From the IMG/VR virus record IMGVR_UViG_3300025671_000040: a DNA stretch of 59,926 nucleotides; one strand, written 5' to 3'. The DNA is from an uncultured virus (IMG/VR IMGVR_UViG_3300025671_000040) (Duplodnaviria > Heunggongvirae > Uroviricota > Caudoviricetes). The notes under the pieces were generated by a model. That model was not told the origin of the DNA and made no database searches. It saw only the letters and a program-made list of their open reading frames with translations. A program made the position numbers and the translations under genes. This document shows, piece by piece, positions 1-9,172 of the stretch. Each line of letters begins with the position of its first letter. Within the stretch, counting starts at the first letter, position 1.

Positions 1-3000
1 TGTGGAATACTGACCTCTAACCCAAGCATCAATAAACGGTGTCAGAAGTTCTTGAATTTCAAAAATTTCTTCTATACCGGCATCAATCTCTGAGGGTTCA
101 TGAGAAACATCAATATCAAACTCTTCTCCCAAAACTGTTTTAACACGTTCAGATAAGAAGTCCCAATGGAACACTTCACTTCGCGCTTCACCCCAATGGA
201 TTTGAATAGCTTTAGCAATCCGACTCCCCACCCATGCTTCATTCTCAGTCACTTCTTTTTCATACTCTCTCATTTGTGAAGGAGTAAAACCAGTAGTATC
301 TCGTTGACGTGAAGTAATTAAATCATTTATTGCAGCAAAAATTTCATACGTTGCATCAGTACGTTGTTTACCAGAAAGAGAACCACCAAGCTCAAACGCT
401 TCCTCTAGCTTTTTCTGCAACGGCAACAAATCATCCTCAGTAGACAATTCCGCCACCACCGTTTTTAATGCTTTCTGATCTTCCCTTAAATGCACACCAT
501 CCACAACATCAGCCACAGGACGAGGCTTTCCTTCATGAATATCTGGAACAGAAGAGCCAGTCAAACGATCTTTATCCCAACCCGTCAGTTTTTCAGGCCC
601 TGGAGGAAGCCCAAAATCTGGCGCAGACGAACGAACCGTATCCAACTCATCAAGCGTGGCAGTCATATCATCCACAATCGTGGGACGAGCTTCGCTTTGA
701 ACAATTTCTACAGCTTCAGGAATAGTACGCCACTCGCCCATTCCCGAAACCTGCCAACCGCGTGCCCCGTCAACTGACGGATTCACCGTAACGACACCAA
801 CTTCATTAGGGTCAAGATCAGCGTACGCCTGATAATTAGGAGTCCAAAACAGAGGGTCGGGACGGTTCGGAACATTGTACTGCCGCCAATACGAATATTC
901 TCTATAGAAATCTCCACGCTCTTCCATCGTAGACGGCGTAGCTGATAAAAGTCTCTTTCTCTCATTTTCTGGCATGCTCTTAGTCCAGGCAGCGATCTCC
1001 GACTTCATTCGCTCCACGGCAGCTGGCCCCGTATCGTCACGGACAGCTTCACGCATTTCATGAATACCACGAACGATCGAATCCGCAACCAACGGGTCAG
1101 TCGTAAAGCTAATAGCGTCGGATACGCCGCCGCCCAACCCTGCAGGAACTTCACCTGATTCGTCTCTTAACTGGGCACGAGTTTTAAACCCTCCATCTTG
1201 CAAACCACTCAAACCTGTAGTTACATGTAACAATCCTTGTGGAAGGTTTTCCCACATGCCTCTCTCAGCCCTAGCGGAATAACCATACCGCTGCCACGCC
1301 TCCGACCTCTCATCATTTTCAGTACCCCAAACCTCTCTAGGGTTACCTATGTCAATCTTATTTAGTACGATAGCCCGAGTGATTTCAGCTTGCCAAGCCT
1401 TTTCGATTTCACGCCTAACTGTCATAGCCGCATCAGCGTCATCCGATGGCAGGGCATCGTAAACTGATCCAATATCAGCAAGGCCGGGTCGCTCATCTCT
1501 AGGCACGGGTAAACCATCATCAGCAATAACTTGCGTCTTAAACAACTCAGGACGCTCTCTCAATAATTCAACACCACGCTCCCATGTTACCTTCCCCTCT
1601 TCAGTATAGCCGACAGGAGGAGGCCCAGGCACCCAAAAACCGCCATCATCAGTTTCGACAACACCTCCCCCAGGAATCTCCGTAGACTCTGGAACGATAT
1701 CATCAACCGACCGGGCCATAACCGAAGCCACTTCATCCTCAGCATCATCCAAATCATCAATCATTTCAGAAACAGCATCATCCCGATCAGAACGCAACTG
1801 ATCAGACAAACCACGCAACTCAGCCAAACGCTCCTTCTGCCGCAAAAACTCAGGAATCTTACCCTCATACTCGGCAAACTCTTCACGCTGACGCTCCAAC
1901 CCCGCAACAGGATCAAGACCATCCAACGGCACATCATTCTCATCCATATAATCCAACAAACGCCACAACACCTGACCCGTCATCTCCGAATCAGCATCAG
2001 CCGTATGCCACGAGAAATCCTCCAACCCGAAAAACTCCTGCAACTTCTTCAACGAAGCACTACCCGGACCATCCTCAACCCCAGCACGCTTAGCAATATT
2101 GCCCAAACCCATCGTGTCAAAATACGTCACCTCATCCAAATCAAACGACGGCACACCATCAGGATCATGACGCTGACGCTCCAACTCCATACGCTTCAAA
2201 TCAAACGCAGCATTATGCGCCATAAACACCACATCAGAACCATCAGAATCGCCATTAGCAAAACGCATAAACTCCTGCAACACCGTAGGCATATCAGGCT
2301 GCTTCGCCAAAAACTCCGGAGACATAGGCTTACCATCAGCATCAATCAAATTCGCTTGAGACCAATCAGACAACTCATCATACTCCACATTCACATACAT
2401 GGAGAAACGATCAACAATCACACCATCAACATAAACCACGCCACCCAACTGAACAATACGGTCCTCATCAACCTCATCCGGATCCATACGCCCAGCAGTC
2501 TCCGTATCAAAAACCACCACACGCTTACCCTTAAGAAGCTGCGACACCTCTCTCCACGAAGTCGCCTCAGCCAACTCATCACGCAAACCAGAACCAGCAA
2601 GATGCGGAGGAGGAGAGAACGGTGCCCACACCTTATCTACAAGAACACCATCTCTAAACAACTCAGGTTCGTCTACCTGTGCCTGAGCTAACTCGCCAAG
2701 AATTCTATTCTTCCGATCTTCCGACTCGGCATCAGAAAGCATTTGAGACGTGGCTGAAGGATCACTCGCAACCCTAGGAAGCAAGCTGCCACGCTGCTTC
2801 CCCTGATCTACATCCCTCACCACTCGACGGGCTTCGTAAGTGGAGTAGGCAGTATCTGCTTCTTGTCTACCTGCCAAAGCAGTCAAAGGAGGAAGGTCGT
2901 CTTCAGACCAGTCACGGTCCGTCAAAATAAACTTAAGCTCCTCAGGAATAATCTGCTTCGAATACTTGTCAAACATCTGAGGAAGATTGCTTTCTTCTCC

Positions 3001-5343
3001 GTCTGTACCTGCCGGAATTCTTCGCCTTCCTGTAACGTGAGCCGAAATTACTTCCGCTAAAACTTCCATGCTTTCAGTCCGCTCCATCCGCCTCTTGAGT
3101 AACGGATCTAAGCCGGGAGTGTTTTGTGAGACACCATACTTTATTTGAATATAATCATTAGGCGTATAACCCAAAATAGAAGATACGTAAGCATGGTCAG
3201 TGCTCCTCGTCCGTAATTCAAAATCTCTATTGTAAGTCTCAAGCCACGGCCTATTTTCACTTATCCACTGTTGGGGAGCTTGACGAATAGGTGAATCATT
3301 TCTAAAAATGTAATCACCATTTCTTTCTTGTCTGTCAAGCTCACGAAGAGCTTCTTGCCTACGACTTAACGTCTCTGTTAAAATAGTAACTCTACGAGCA
3401 TTCTCAGGATCGTCTATCTGTTTCTGAATATTTTCGATCTCGCCCTCAAGACGTATCTTCTCTCTAAAGAAAGCATCTGCAGCCAACAAAGAATCAATCC
3501 GGTGAACCGCTTCATGCACAGCAACTTGGTCTAGAGGTGTTTCAGATAAGCCCACCTCCTGAAAATCATTACGCAACCTTCCAAGCGTAGCTAAACTCTT
3601 TAACCCCAAAGGAATATCTACACCATCAGGCCCATCATCAGGATTAAACCTCTTAATGGTACCGGCTTTCCGATCAATAACTAAATGCTCATCTAAGCCC
3701 AACATTTGCGGAGTGAGGACTAACACGCCAGTTGCAGAATTAAACGTACCACCAATTTTATTGTCATCAAGCAGTTCAATACGAAGTTCTGTTGGACGAT
3801 ACTCAGGACTTAGACCATCTGTAGACTTTCTAATTTTACGCAACAAATCTTCATTCTCTGCACCGCCAGGAATGAAACGTAAAATGCCCTGCATTTTTTT
3901 ATCTTTCAGGGTTTCCTCCGTAAACACGACTTTGATATCTTGTGGCTTAGTAACTTCTTTAAGCTCAGTTTTCAACTCAGCTAAACGTTCACGAAGCTGA
4001 GAAGCTAATGGATGTTCGCCGTCAGCCTCAAGTCTCTGAATTGCAATCTCACCTGTTTCAATGTCTCTCAAAACCTGACTAATAACATCAAAATTCTGAT
4101 ACTGTCCACTTAACTCACCGGCACGTTCAACTAACCGATTCTCAGGAATTATCCCCAAAGTAGAACTAAGCTCAGTAGCCTCATCAGCACGCCGTGCAGC
4201 TAAATCCGACTTTGCGCTAGCTACCGTCTGACCAATACTATCGCTACGACGCCTAAAAGCATGGCCTGTATAATATTCGTAATCTTTAAATCCGGCATTC
4301 TGTAAAAATAGCCTATCTATCAATTCGGGATTATCAGCCATGTACTGCAGCTGGTTTGCAAGACCCAAATGGGTTTCAGTGCTGCCCGTAGAAGCTGTAT
4401 TCCTATCTAACCAATCAGCATGGTAACGAACCTTATCAAAATCATCAGCAGCATAAGCATTAATTAATTCTTTTATATGATGATCGTGCCAAGTCGTCAC
4501 AGGCAACGCAGCGGCCATCGCTTGTAAGAACCGAACGTCATCCTCGTCAACTGTCTCGATCATGTCTGCTACAGATCGCCTCCGTCTGCGTGCTTCATCT
4601 TCTAAAAACTTTAAGCGAGAACGAAAACGGCTAATAGATTGTCTATCGCCATCACGAAGCATAGCAGCCATACTTTCACCCAAAGTAAAGTTCGCATAGC
4701 GGTAAGAAGGAGACTCCCCGCTTCGGCCCGTAGGCTTGCCGTGTAACCGCTCTTCCATGTACTGAAACAGTGTGATGCGGTTACGACGCTCCGCAATATC
4801 TATTGCAGCTGCCCGCTTAACAGGAATATTATTTAAACCCCGTAGCCGATCTTGAGACGCTTGAGTTATTAAACCACTTTCAACAGCTTCATCCGATAAA
4901 AGGTACTCAATCTTCGGACGAAAAGCGGCAAGGGCAGCGGAACCTTTATCAGTTGACACATCCACTACATCCACATCATCAACCGCATCATCAAAACGAG
5001 CCGACTCAGCCAACGACGGCCCCAAAACCCCACGAGGCAAAATGCCCTGAGACTCCAAAAGCGAAGGCGAATCATCAGCCAACGTCCCCAAAGATCCACC
5101 CAACGTAGTAGAATCAGTATCTCTAAACGACGGCGTAAAATCCCAAACAGACCCGTCAGCACGAACAAACTCTACACGACCACGATCAACCTGACCGTAC
5201 TCGCTCCAAATCTCACCCGTATCAATAAAGCGCAAATACGCCCCTTTAGGGCGCTCCCAAATCGTTCCATCCTGAACAAGACCATCAAGGTCACCGTCAC
5301 GAGGAAACGGCACAAAAGGTACAACACGAGGTTTCCTAGCCAT
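1..5343 (-). CDS. Giant multidomain (polyvalent-like) protein, >1781 aa, 3' end outside the window; zincin metallopeptidase, DEDDh 3'-5' exonuclease and ART-like domains
   Basis: Hand translation from ATG at 5343 (MARKPRVVPFVPFPRDGDLDGLVQDGTIWERP). The same frame gives HEAVH (3502-3516), VVFDTETAG/AHNAAFD/HTADAD (~2520-1990) and LLHVTT/ISFTTD/GEWR (~1230-730), and is still open at base 1. It is absent from the ORF track, consistent with no in-window stop. TATAAT lies 7 nt upstream of the ATG. Confidence 0.85.
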   Translation of the reverse strand, partial: MARKPRVVPFVPFPRDGDLDGLVQDGTIWERPKGAYLRFIDTGEIWSEYGQVDRGRVEFVRADGSVWDFTPSFRDTDSTTLGGSLGTLADDSPSLLESQGILPRGVLGPSLAESARFDDAVDDVDVVDVSTDKGSAALAAFRPKIEYLLSDEAVESGLITQASQDRLRGLNNIPVKRAAAIDIAERRNRITLFQYMEERLHGKPTGRSGESPSYRYANFTLGESMAAMLRDGDRQSISRFRSRLKFLEDEARRRRRSVADMIETVDEDDVRFLQAMAAALPVTTWHDHHIKELINAYAADDFDKVRYHADWLDRNTASTGSTETHLGLANQLQYMADNPELIDRLFLQNAGFKDYEYYTGHAFRRRSDSIGQTVASAKSDLAARRADEATELSSTLGIIPENRLVERAGELSGQYQNFDVISQVLRDIETGEIAIQRLEADGEHPLASQLRERLAELKTELKEVTKPQDIKVVFTEETLKDKKMQGILRFIPGGAENEDLLRKIRKSTDGLSPEYRPTELRIELLDDNKIGGTFNSATGVLVLTPQMLGLDEHLVIDRKAGTIKRFNPDDGPDGVDIPLGLKSLATLGRLRNDFQEVGLSETPLDQVAVHEAVHRIDSLLAADAFFREKIRLEGEIENIQKQIDDPENARRVTILTETLSRRQEALRELDRQERNGDYIFRNDSPIRQAPQQWISENRPWLETYNRDFELRTRSTDHAYVSSILGYTPNDYIQIKYGVSQNTPGLDPLLKRRMERTESMEVLAEVISAHVTGRRRIPAGTDGEESNLPQMFDKYSKQIIPEELKFILTDRDWSEDDLPPLTALAGRQEADTAYSTYEARRVVRDVDQGKQRGSLLPRVASDPSATSQMLSDAESEDRKNRILGELAQAQVDEPELFRDGVLVDKVWAPFSPPPHLAGSGLRDELAEATSWREVSQLLKGKRVVVFDTETAGRMDPDEVDEDRIVQLGGVVYVDGVIVDRFSMYVNVEYDELSDWSQANLIDADGKPMSPEFLAKQPDMPTVLQEFMRFANGDSDGSDVVFMAHNAAFDLKRMELERQRHDPDGVPSFDLDEVTYFDTMGLGNIAKRAGVEDGPGSASLKKLQEFFGLEDFSWHTADADSEMTGQVLWRLLDYMDENDVPLDGLDPVAGLERQREEFAEYEGKIPEFLRQKERLAELRGLSDQLRSDRDDAVSEMIDDLDDAEDEVASVMARSVDDIVPESTEIPGGGVVETDDGGFWVPGPPPVGYTEEGKVTWERGVELLRERPELFKTQVIADDGLPVPRDERPGLADIGSVYDALPSDDADAAMTVRREIEKAWQAEITRAIVLNKIDIGNPREVWGTENDERSEAWQRYGYSARAERGMWENLPQGLLHVTTGLSGLQDGGFKTRAQLRDESGEVPAGLGGGVSDAISFTTDPLVADSIVRGIHEMREAVRDDTGPAAVERMKSEIAAWTKSMPENERKRLLSATPSTMEERGDFYREYSYWRQYNVPNRPDPLFWTPNYQAYADLDPNEVGVVTVNPSVDGARGWQVSGMGEWRTIPEAVEIVQSEARPTIVDDMTATLDELDTVRSSAPDFGLPPGPEKLTGWDKDRLTGSSVPDIHEGKPRPVADVVDGVHLREDQKALKTVVAELSTEDDLLPLQKKLEEAFELGGSLSGKQRTDATYEIFAAINDLITSRQRDTTGFTPSQMREYEKEVTENEAWVGSRIAKAIQIHWGEARSEVFHWDFLSERVKTVLGEEFDIDVSHEPSEIDAGIEEIFEIQELLTPFIDAWVRGQYST

Positions 5344-5350
5344 ACTATCT

Positions 5351-5356
5351 ATTATA
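5351..5356 (-). promoter_or_regulatory. -10 box (TATAAT) of a probable leaderless promoter for the giant ORF
   Basis: TATAAT on the minus strand 7 nt before ATG 5343; no SD. Confidence 0.55.
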
Positions 5357-5368
5357 GCTCAACCGGAC

Positions 5369-6241
5369 CTACGAAGACGGCGTGACCTCTAACGAACTTG
5401 CAGAATATGCGCCAGTACCGCCAGCATTCAAAGCAGCCACCCGGAACTTGTAACCAGTCCCGTTCGTCAAACCAGTCACCCGATAGAAACCCTCGACCGA
5501 ACTTGTATCGGCAACAGCAGTAGACCACGTGTCACCATCATCAGTGCTTTGCTGAATCTTGTAACCAGTGATCTCATGAACACCACCATTCCACGTGGCC
5601 TCAAGCCAAGACAGCGTAACTTCAGTATCGCCCGCAACCGCTACAAGGTTTGTGGGGGCATTCGGAGTAGCCGCCATCTTTTCTACAGTAATCTCAGAGG
5701 ACTGCATAGTGCCTAGTGCAGTGCGGGTCAGAGTTTCTTCAAGGGTCAAAGAGTAACCTATGTATGACCCTGCCAGTAGTCGCTCACCTTTAATCAAAGT
5801 TAAATCAGAGAACTGCTCTACAATAGTCCCCTCATCAATCTTTGGCGAGCACGATACGTCAGTATCGTAAGCAGAAAGCGAGGGATGATCCATCAATGCT
5901 TCACGAACAACAGTTGTCAAGTTATCTCGCTGATCGGTGACAGTCTGAGCACCCGCATCCCGAACCCAAACATAGGTACGCATATCGTACACAACCTGCA
6001 AATCCGGATCAAACCCCGCCGTATAACCAGCTCGATTAATAGAATCAGTGCTCATGACAATAGTAATAATCGTCGGCCATCTATCAAGCTGAAACGGCTC
6101 ATGGCTAACATACAAACGAGGATCAGGCAACTGACTGGCGCTCAGGTTCCAATGGTTCCTGTAAGCAACCAGCCTAGAAGGCAGATCTGCTGCTAAATAA
6201 TTGGTAACAAACTGTTTAGCCAAACGGCTTCCACTCATCAT
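5369..6241 (-). CDS. Putative tail terminator/neck protein with C-terminal fibronectin type III domain
   Basis: Third gene of the connector trio; Fn3 signature PNAPTNL..VTLSW..ITGYKIQ..VTGLTNGTGYKFRVAALNAGGTG. Confidence 0.6.
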   Translation of the reverse strand: MMSGSRLAKQFVTNYLAADLPSRLVAYRNHWNLSASQLPDPRLYVSHEPFQLDRWPTIITIVMSTDSINRAGYTAGFDPDLQVVYDMRTYVWVRDAGAQTVTDQRDNLTTVVREALMDHPSLSAYDTDVSCSPKIDEGTIVEQFSDLTLIKGERLLAGSYIGYSLTLEETLTRTALGTMQSSEITVEKMAATPNAPTNLVAVAGDTEVTLSWLEATWNGGVHEITGYKIQQSTDDGDTWSTAVADTSSVEGFYRVTGLTNGTGYKFRVAALNAGGTGAYSASSLEVTPSS

Positions 6242-6252
6242 AATTCAAACAC

Positions 6253-6873
6253 CTACTGTCCTAACAAATCGTTGCCTCTGTACGTCTTGCTCCAATACGG
6301 AACATTAGCACCAGCCATACCCGTCTTCTTCAACCAAGCATAGTACTTGCCTACCGAACCACCGTAAATAACTCTCTCGGCAATAGCAGAACCCAGCTTT
6401 GAAGAGAACTGACGGCCCTTCGGCTCGCCAAACTTAAACAAGAACGGTCGAGCAGGCATCTTCCTTGTACCGTATTGAATGAAACTTGCATACGGAACAA
6501 CTCGACCATCAATCCCATCGCTCGTTAAATCCGTACCAAACTTCATACTATGCGACTTATACTCTCTAACCGCTCCTCGTGCATTGTCAACAGTAAGGCT
6601 GCGTCTTAAATCGCCAGTTCTAACAAGCACACCTTTATTACCATATCCCTCTTCTATTTTCCATGCAACAGTTTCAGGCGCAAGTACGGTCCATCTACCG
6701 CGACCATTATTACGAAAATCTTCCCGAATCTGACGTTTGACCTCTTTAGCTGCCCACTTAAACTGCGACTTGAAACCTTTTGCAGAACGGCGACGCATAG
6801 CATTAAAATGCTTAGTCATTTCCCGCTTGTCAACTTTGACACTAATACTAAGAGCTGGTTGCCTTCTCCGAGC
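6253..6873 (-). CDS. Phage virion morphogenesis / HK97 gp10-like tail completion protein
   Basis: LVRTGDLRRSL and YASFIQYGTRKMPARPFL motifs; start taken at MARRRQ. Confidence 0.75.
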   Translation of the reverse strand, partial: ARRRQPALSISVKVDKREMTKHFNAMRRRSAKGFKSQFKWAAKEVKRQIREDFRNNGRGRWTVLAPETVAWKIEEGYGNKGVLVRTGDLRRSLTVDNARGAVREYKSHSMKFGTDLTSDGIDGRVVPYASFIQYGTRKMPARPFLFKFGEPKGRQFSSKLGSAIAERVIYGGSVGKYYAWLKKTGMAGANVPYWSKTYRGNDLLGQ

Positions 6874-6877
6874 CATC

Positions 6878-7519
6878 TTAAGCAACCCTCACACGGCGAT
6901 ACTTTCTAAGAGTAAACAATTCCCTATCAGAAAAACCAGTCTCCAAAGGCGCAACATTCCTCGTCGTCAAATCCTTCAAACCAACCACATCATCATGCAT
7001 ATTCTGCATCTCACGAGTAGCTGCACGCAACATCAAAATCTTAAACGCCTTAATGTTCGGACCATCCAACCCCGCCGTATACGTCACCTCAATACGATCA
7101 TTCGCAAACGCATTAAACAAATCAATACCATAATCCCGAGTCACATAATCACGCTCCGCAACCTGAGCCGTCGCCGTAGCAGACGCAGAAGCAGGCGTAA
7201 TCGAAACAGAAGACACCGAAACAACCGGACTATTATCCAAATACAACGTATACATAGGCGTATAAATAATGCCAGGAGAAGTCAACGTGGAAGCAGGATC
7301 AGTAGTGTAATTGTAATAGTACTGCTGGTTTACAACGCCCCTGCCCACATCGGGCACACGATACGTTTCCGTAAACTCTGTCTGTTCAACAGGGCGACGC
7401 AAATACGCCTCTAACTCAGACTGCAAGCCTTCAATAATAAATGCTGCGGCGTCTTCCTGAGTGTTCGTGAGCGTAATGTCCATATAGGTAGTAATATCAG
7501 AGACTGTAATAAGAGCCAT
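6878..7519 (-). CDS. Head-tail connector/adaptor protein (HK97 gp6-like)
   Basis: ALITVSDITTYM N-terminus, LEAYLRRP, IEVTYTAG, LRKYRRVRV C-terminus; position in module. Confidence 0.75.
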   Translation of the reverse strand: MALITVSDITTYMDITLTNTQEDAAAFIIEGLQSELEAYLRRPVEQTEFTETYRVPDVGRGVVNQQYYYNYTTDPASTLTSPGIIYTPMYTLYLDNSPVVSVSSVSITPASASATATAQVAERDYVTRDYGIDLFNAFANDRIEVTYTAGLDGPNIKAFKILMLRAATREMQNMHDDVVGLKDLTTRNVAPLETGFSDRELFTLRKYRRVRVA

Positions 7520-7534
7520 TGTTACCTACTCCCT

Positions 7535-7900
7535 CTAGAACGGCTCGCCAGAAGGCGGTGAAGGATTTCTACGACCACGCCCAGGAGGACGTGAGGCTTT
7601 CTGACCTTCTTTGAGCTTCTGAAGAAAGGCGGCAACATTGCTTCTAGCCGCTCTAAGCTGAGCTAGTGTAGCGCCAGTCAAGTTAGCGCCCTTCACATTG
7701 TATTTCTCCCGAAAAGCTTTACGGGCATTTTTCATCTTGATGGCGTTATCAAAAATTCTCTGCTGAGTGTCTGTAAGCTTCCCATTGTCCTTTCGCTTTT
7801 GTCTCAGACCTTTAAGAATGCTATTAAGTTGCCGGTCGCTTTTACCTTCCAACATGTCGTCAGGTTTAACTTTACCGACACCTTCAAGAACTACAGCCAT
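7535..7900 (-). CDS. Hypothetical basic protein
   Basis: 121-aa ORF, co-oriented with neighbours. Confidence 0.6.
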   Translation of the reverse strand: MAVVLEGVGKVKPDDMLEGKSDRQLNSILKGLRQKRKDNGKLTDTQQRIFDNAIKMKNARKAFREKYNVKGANLTGATLAQLRAARSNVAAFLQKLKEGQKASRPPGRGRRNPSPPSGEPF

Positions 7901-7962
7901 AACAGCCCCAATCAGAAAACAATACTGATACTATGATACCGTATCCGACAACAGCATTAATC

Positions 7963-8433
7963 CTAATCTGCCATTTGCTTCAAAAAGCTACCGTCCAACA
8001 GCATCAAACCAATCGTGGAATAGCCAACAATGTCCAGATAGGTGTCCTCCACCGCCTCATTCTCTGGCAGACGGCCAGAATCTAGCAGATTTTCCAAACG
8101 TGCAACCTTGTCATGGAGACGCACAATCAGACCACGGTGCCCGAACCTGAGAATGTTTTCAGAACCATAATCTCGCTGCTTATTACAGAGCGTTTGCCAC
8201 ACAAAATCCTTGTCTAGCGAAATATCGGCATGCTTGGTCATTGCCGCTAGCTGAAACCAAACCTCAGGATCAACCAACTCCTTATTGCCGACAAAATAAG
8301 TCTCAATCAGCGAATCAATATACTCCCGAATGTCTTCAACCGTAGTTACCTGAGACGACTCGGCCACCCACACGCTGTCAATATGTGTCAACGCATGATC
8401 TTCCCACGTCAACAAATCGTCAATTACGGTCAT
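7963..8433 (-). CDS. Nucleotide modification associated domain 1 (DUF1599-like, MazG/dUTPase-like all-helical fold)
   Basis: KQRDYG..GLIVRLHDKVARLENL..EAVEDTYLDIVGYS. Confidence 0.75.
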   Translation of the reverse strand: MTVIDDLLTWEDHALTHIDSVWVAESSQVTTVEDIREYIDSLIETYFVGNKELVDPEVWFQLAAMTKHADISLDKDFVWQTLCNKQRDYGSENILRFGHRGLIVRLHDKVARLENLLDSGRLPENEAVEDTYLDIVGYSTIGLMLLDGSFLKQMAD

Positions 8434-8744
8434 GACTTCGCACCCTTCGACATGCTGAGCTTAATTGAAAACAGAATCCAGAGAATAGATGAAACTAGAA
8501 AAGCGTCCGTGTAGCCGATGCCGGGGCGGAACGCCATCAAGTTAGGCCACGCAGAATTAGCAATGCTGTTCAAAAACATCAGACCCAAAGCGCCCGTGCC
8601 TGCAAGAAAAGCAAAACCGAAAATACTCTGCAAAACCGTGATAAGCACTGCCTGCTTGACTACCTGCTGAACATTCTCCTCCAACTCTGTCGAAAGCTTA
8701 CCGGTGAACCGGCCCCAATCTTCAGCGCCTTGCCTATTTACCAT
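8430..8744 (-). CDS. Small membrane protein
   Basis: Two hydrophobic segments; overlaps neighbours. Confidence 0.65.
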   Translation of the reverse strand: MVNRQGAEDWGRFTGKLSTELEENVQQVVKQAVLITVLQSIFGFAFLAGTGALGLMFLNSIANSAWPNLMAFRPGIGYTDAFLVSSILWILFSIKLSMSKGAKS

Positions 8745-9123
8745 TTTCGTATTCCTTTACTATCTGGTGAACCCGCTGACGGGACAACCTATACCGAGCA
8801 CCGATCTTAGCTAACGTCTCACCGTTATAGTACTCGCTATAAATCTGACTATTTCTTTCTGCAATAAAATCCTTCGACTTCGGTCCCGGTCTGACAGGAC
8901 CCCAAGTCCAAGAAGAAAGACTTTCTAACAACTGAATCCGGTTAGTAGCCAATGCGTTCTGCTTATATCTCGTCCGCATATAACTAACCCAATTGCCTAA
9001 ACTGATACATTCCCCCGAGTCTAAAAACTCTACGTGATCTGTAGGCACAATAGCGTCACCATAGCGTTTCTCATATGCGCATAGGGCCTCGTAATGCTTA
9101 TGCCATCGCTGTTCATGCCTCAT
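8734..9123 (-). CDS. Helicase-associated (HA) domain fused to sigma-70 region 4-like HTH
   Basis: WHKHYEAL..YG...VP..LGNWVSYMR..RIQLLESL..WTW (HA); TLAKIGARYRLSRQRVHQI (HTH). Confidence 0.75.
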   Translation of the reverse strand: MRHEQRWHKHYEALCAYEKRYGDAIVPTDHVEFLDSGECISLGNWVSYMRTRYKQNALATNRIQLLESLSSWTWGPVRPGPKSKDFIAERNSQIYSEYYNGETLAKIGARYRLSRQRVHQIVKEYENGK

Positions 9124-9129
9124 AGTGGT

Positions 9130-9158
9130 ATCTTAGTAAAGCCCCACCGCCATGTCAA
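9130..9158 (-). promoter_or_regulatory. Sigma-A promoter, leaderless
   Basis: TTGACA-17-TAAGAT-6-ATG(9123). Confidence 0.75.
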
Positions 9159-9172
9159 GTAAACCCCATAAA

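Noticed and set aside
2005..2691. 228-aa plus-strand ORF and similar ORFs at 468-777, 6737-7414 and 18586-19134
   Set aside because: Antisense shadows of motif-bearing minus-strand genes; the T-poor + strand rarely produces stop codons.
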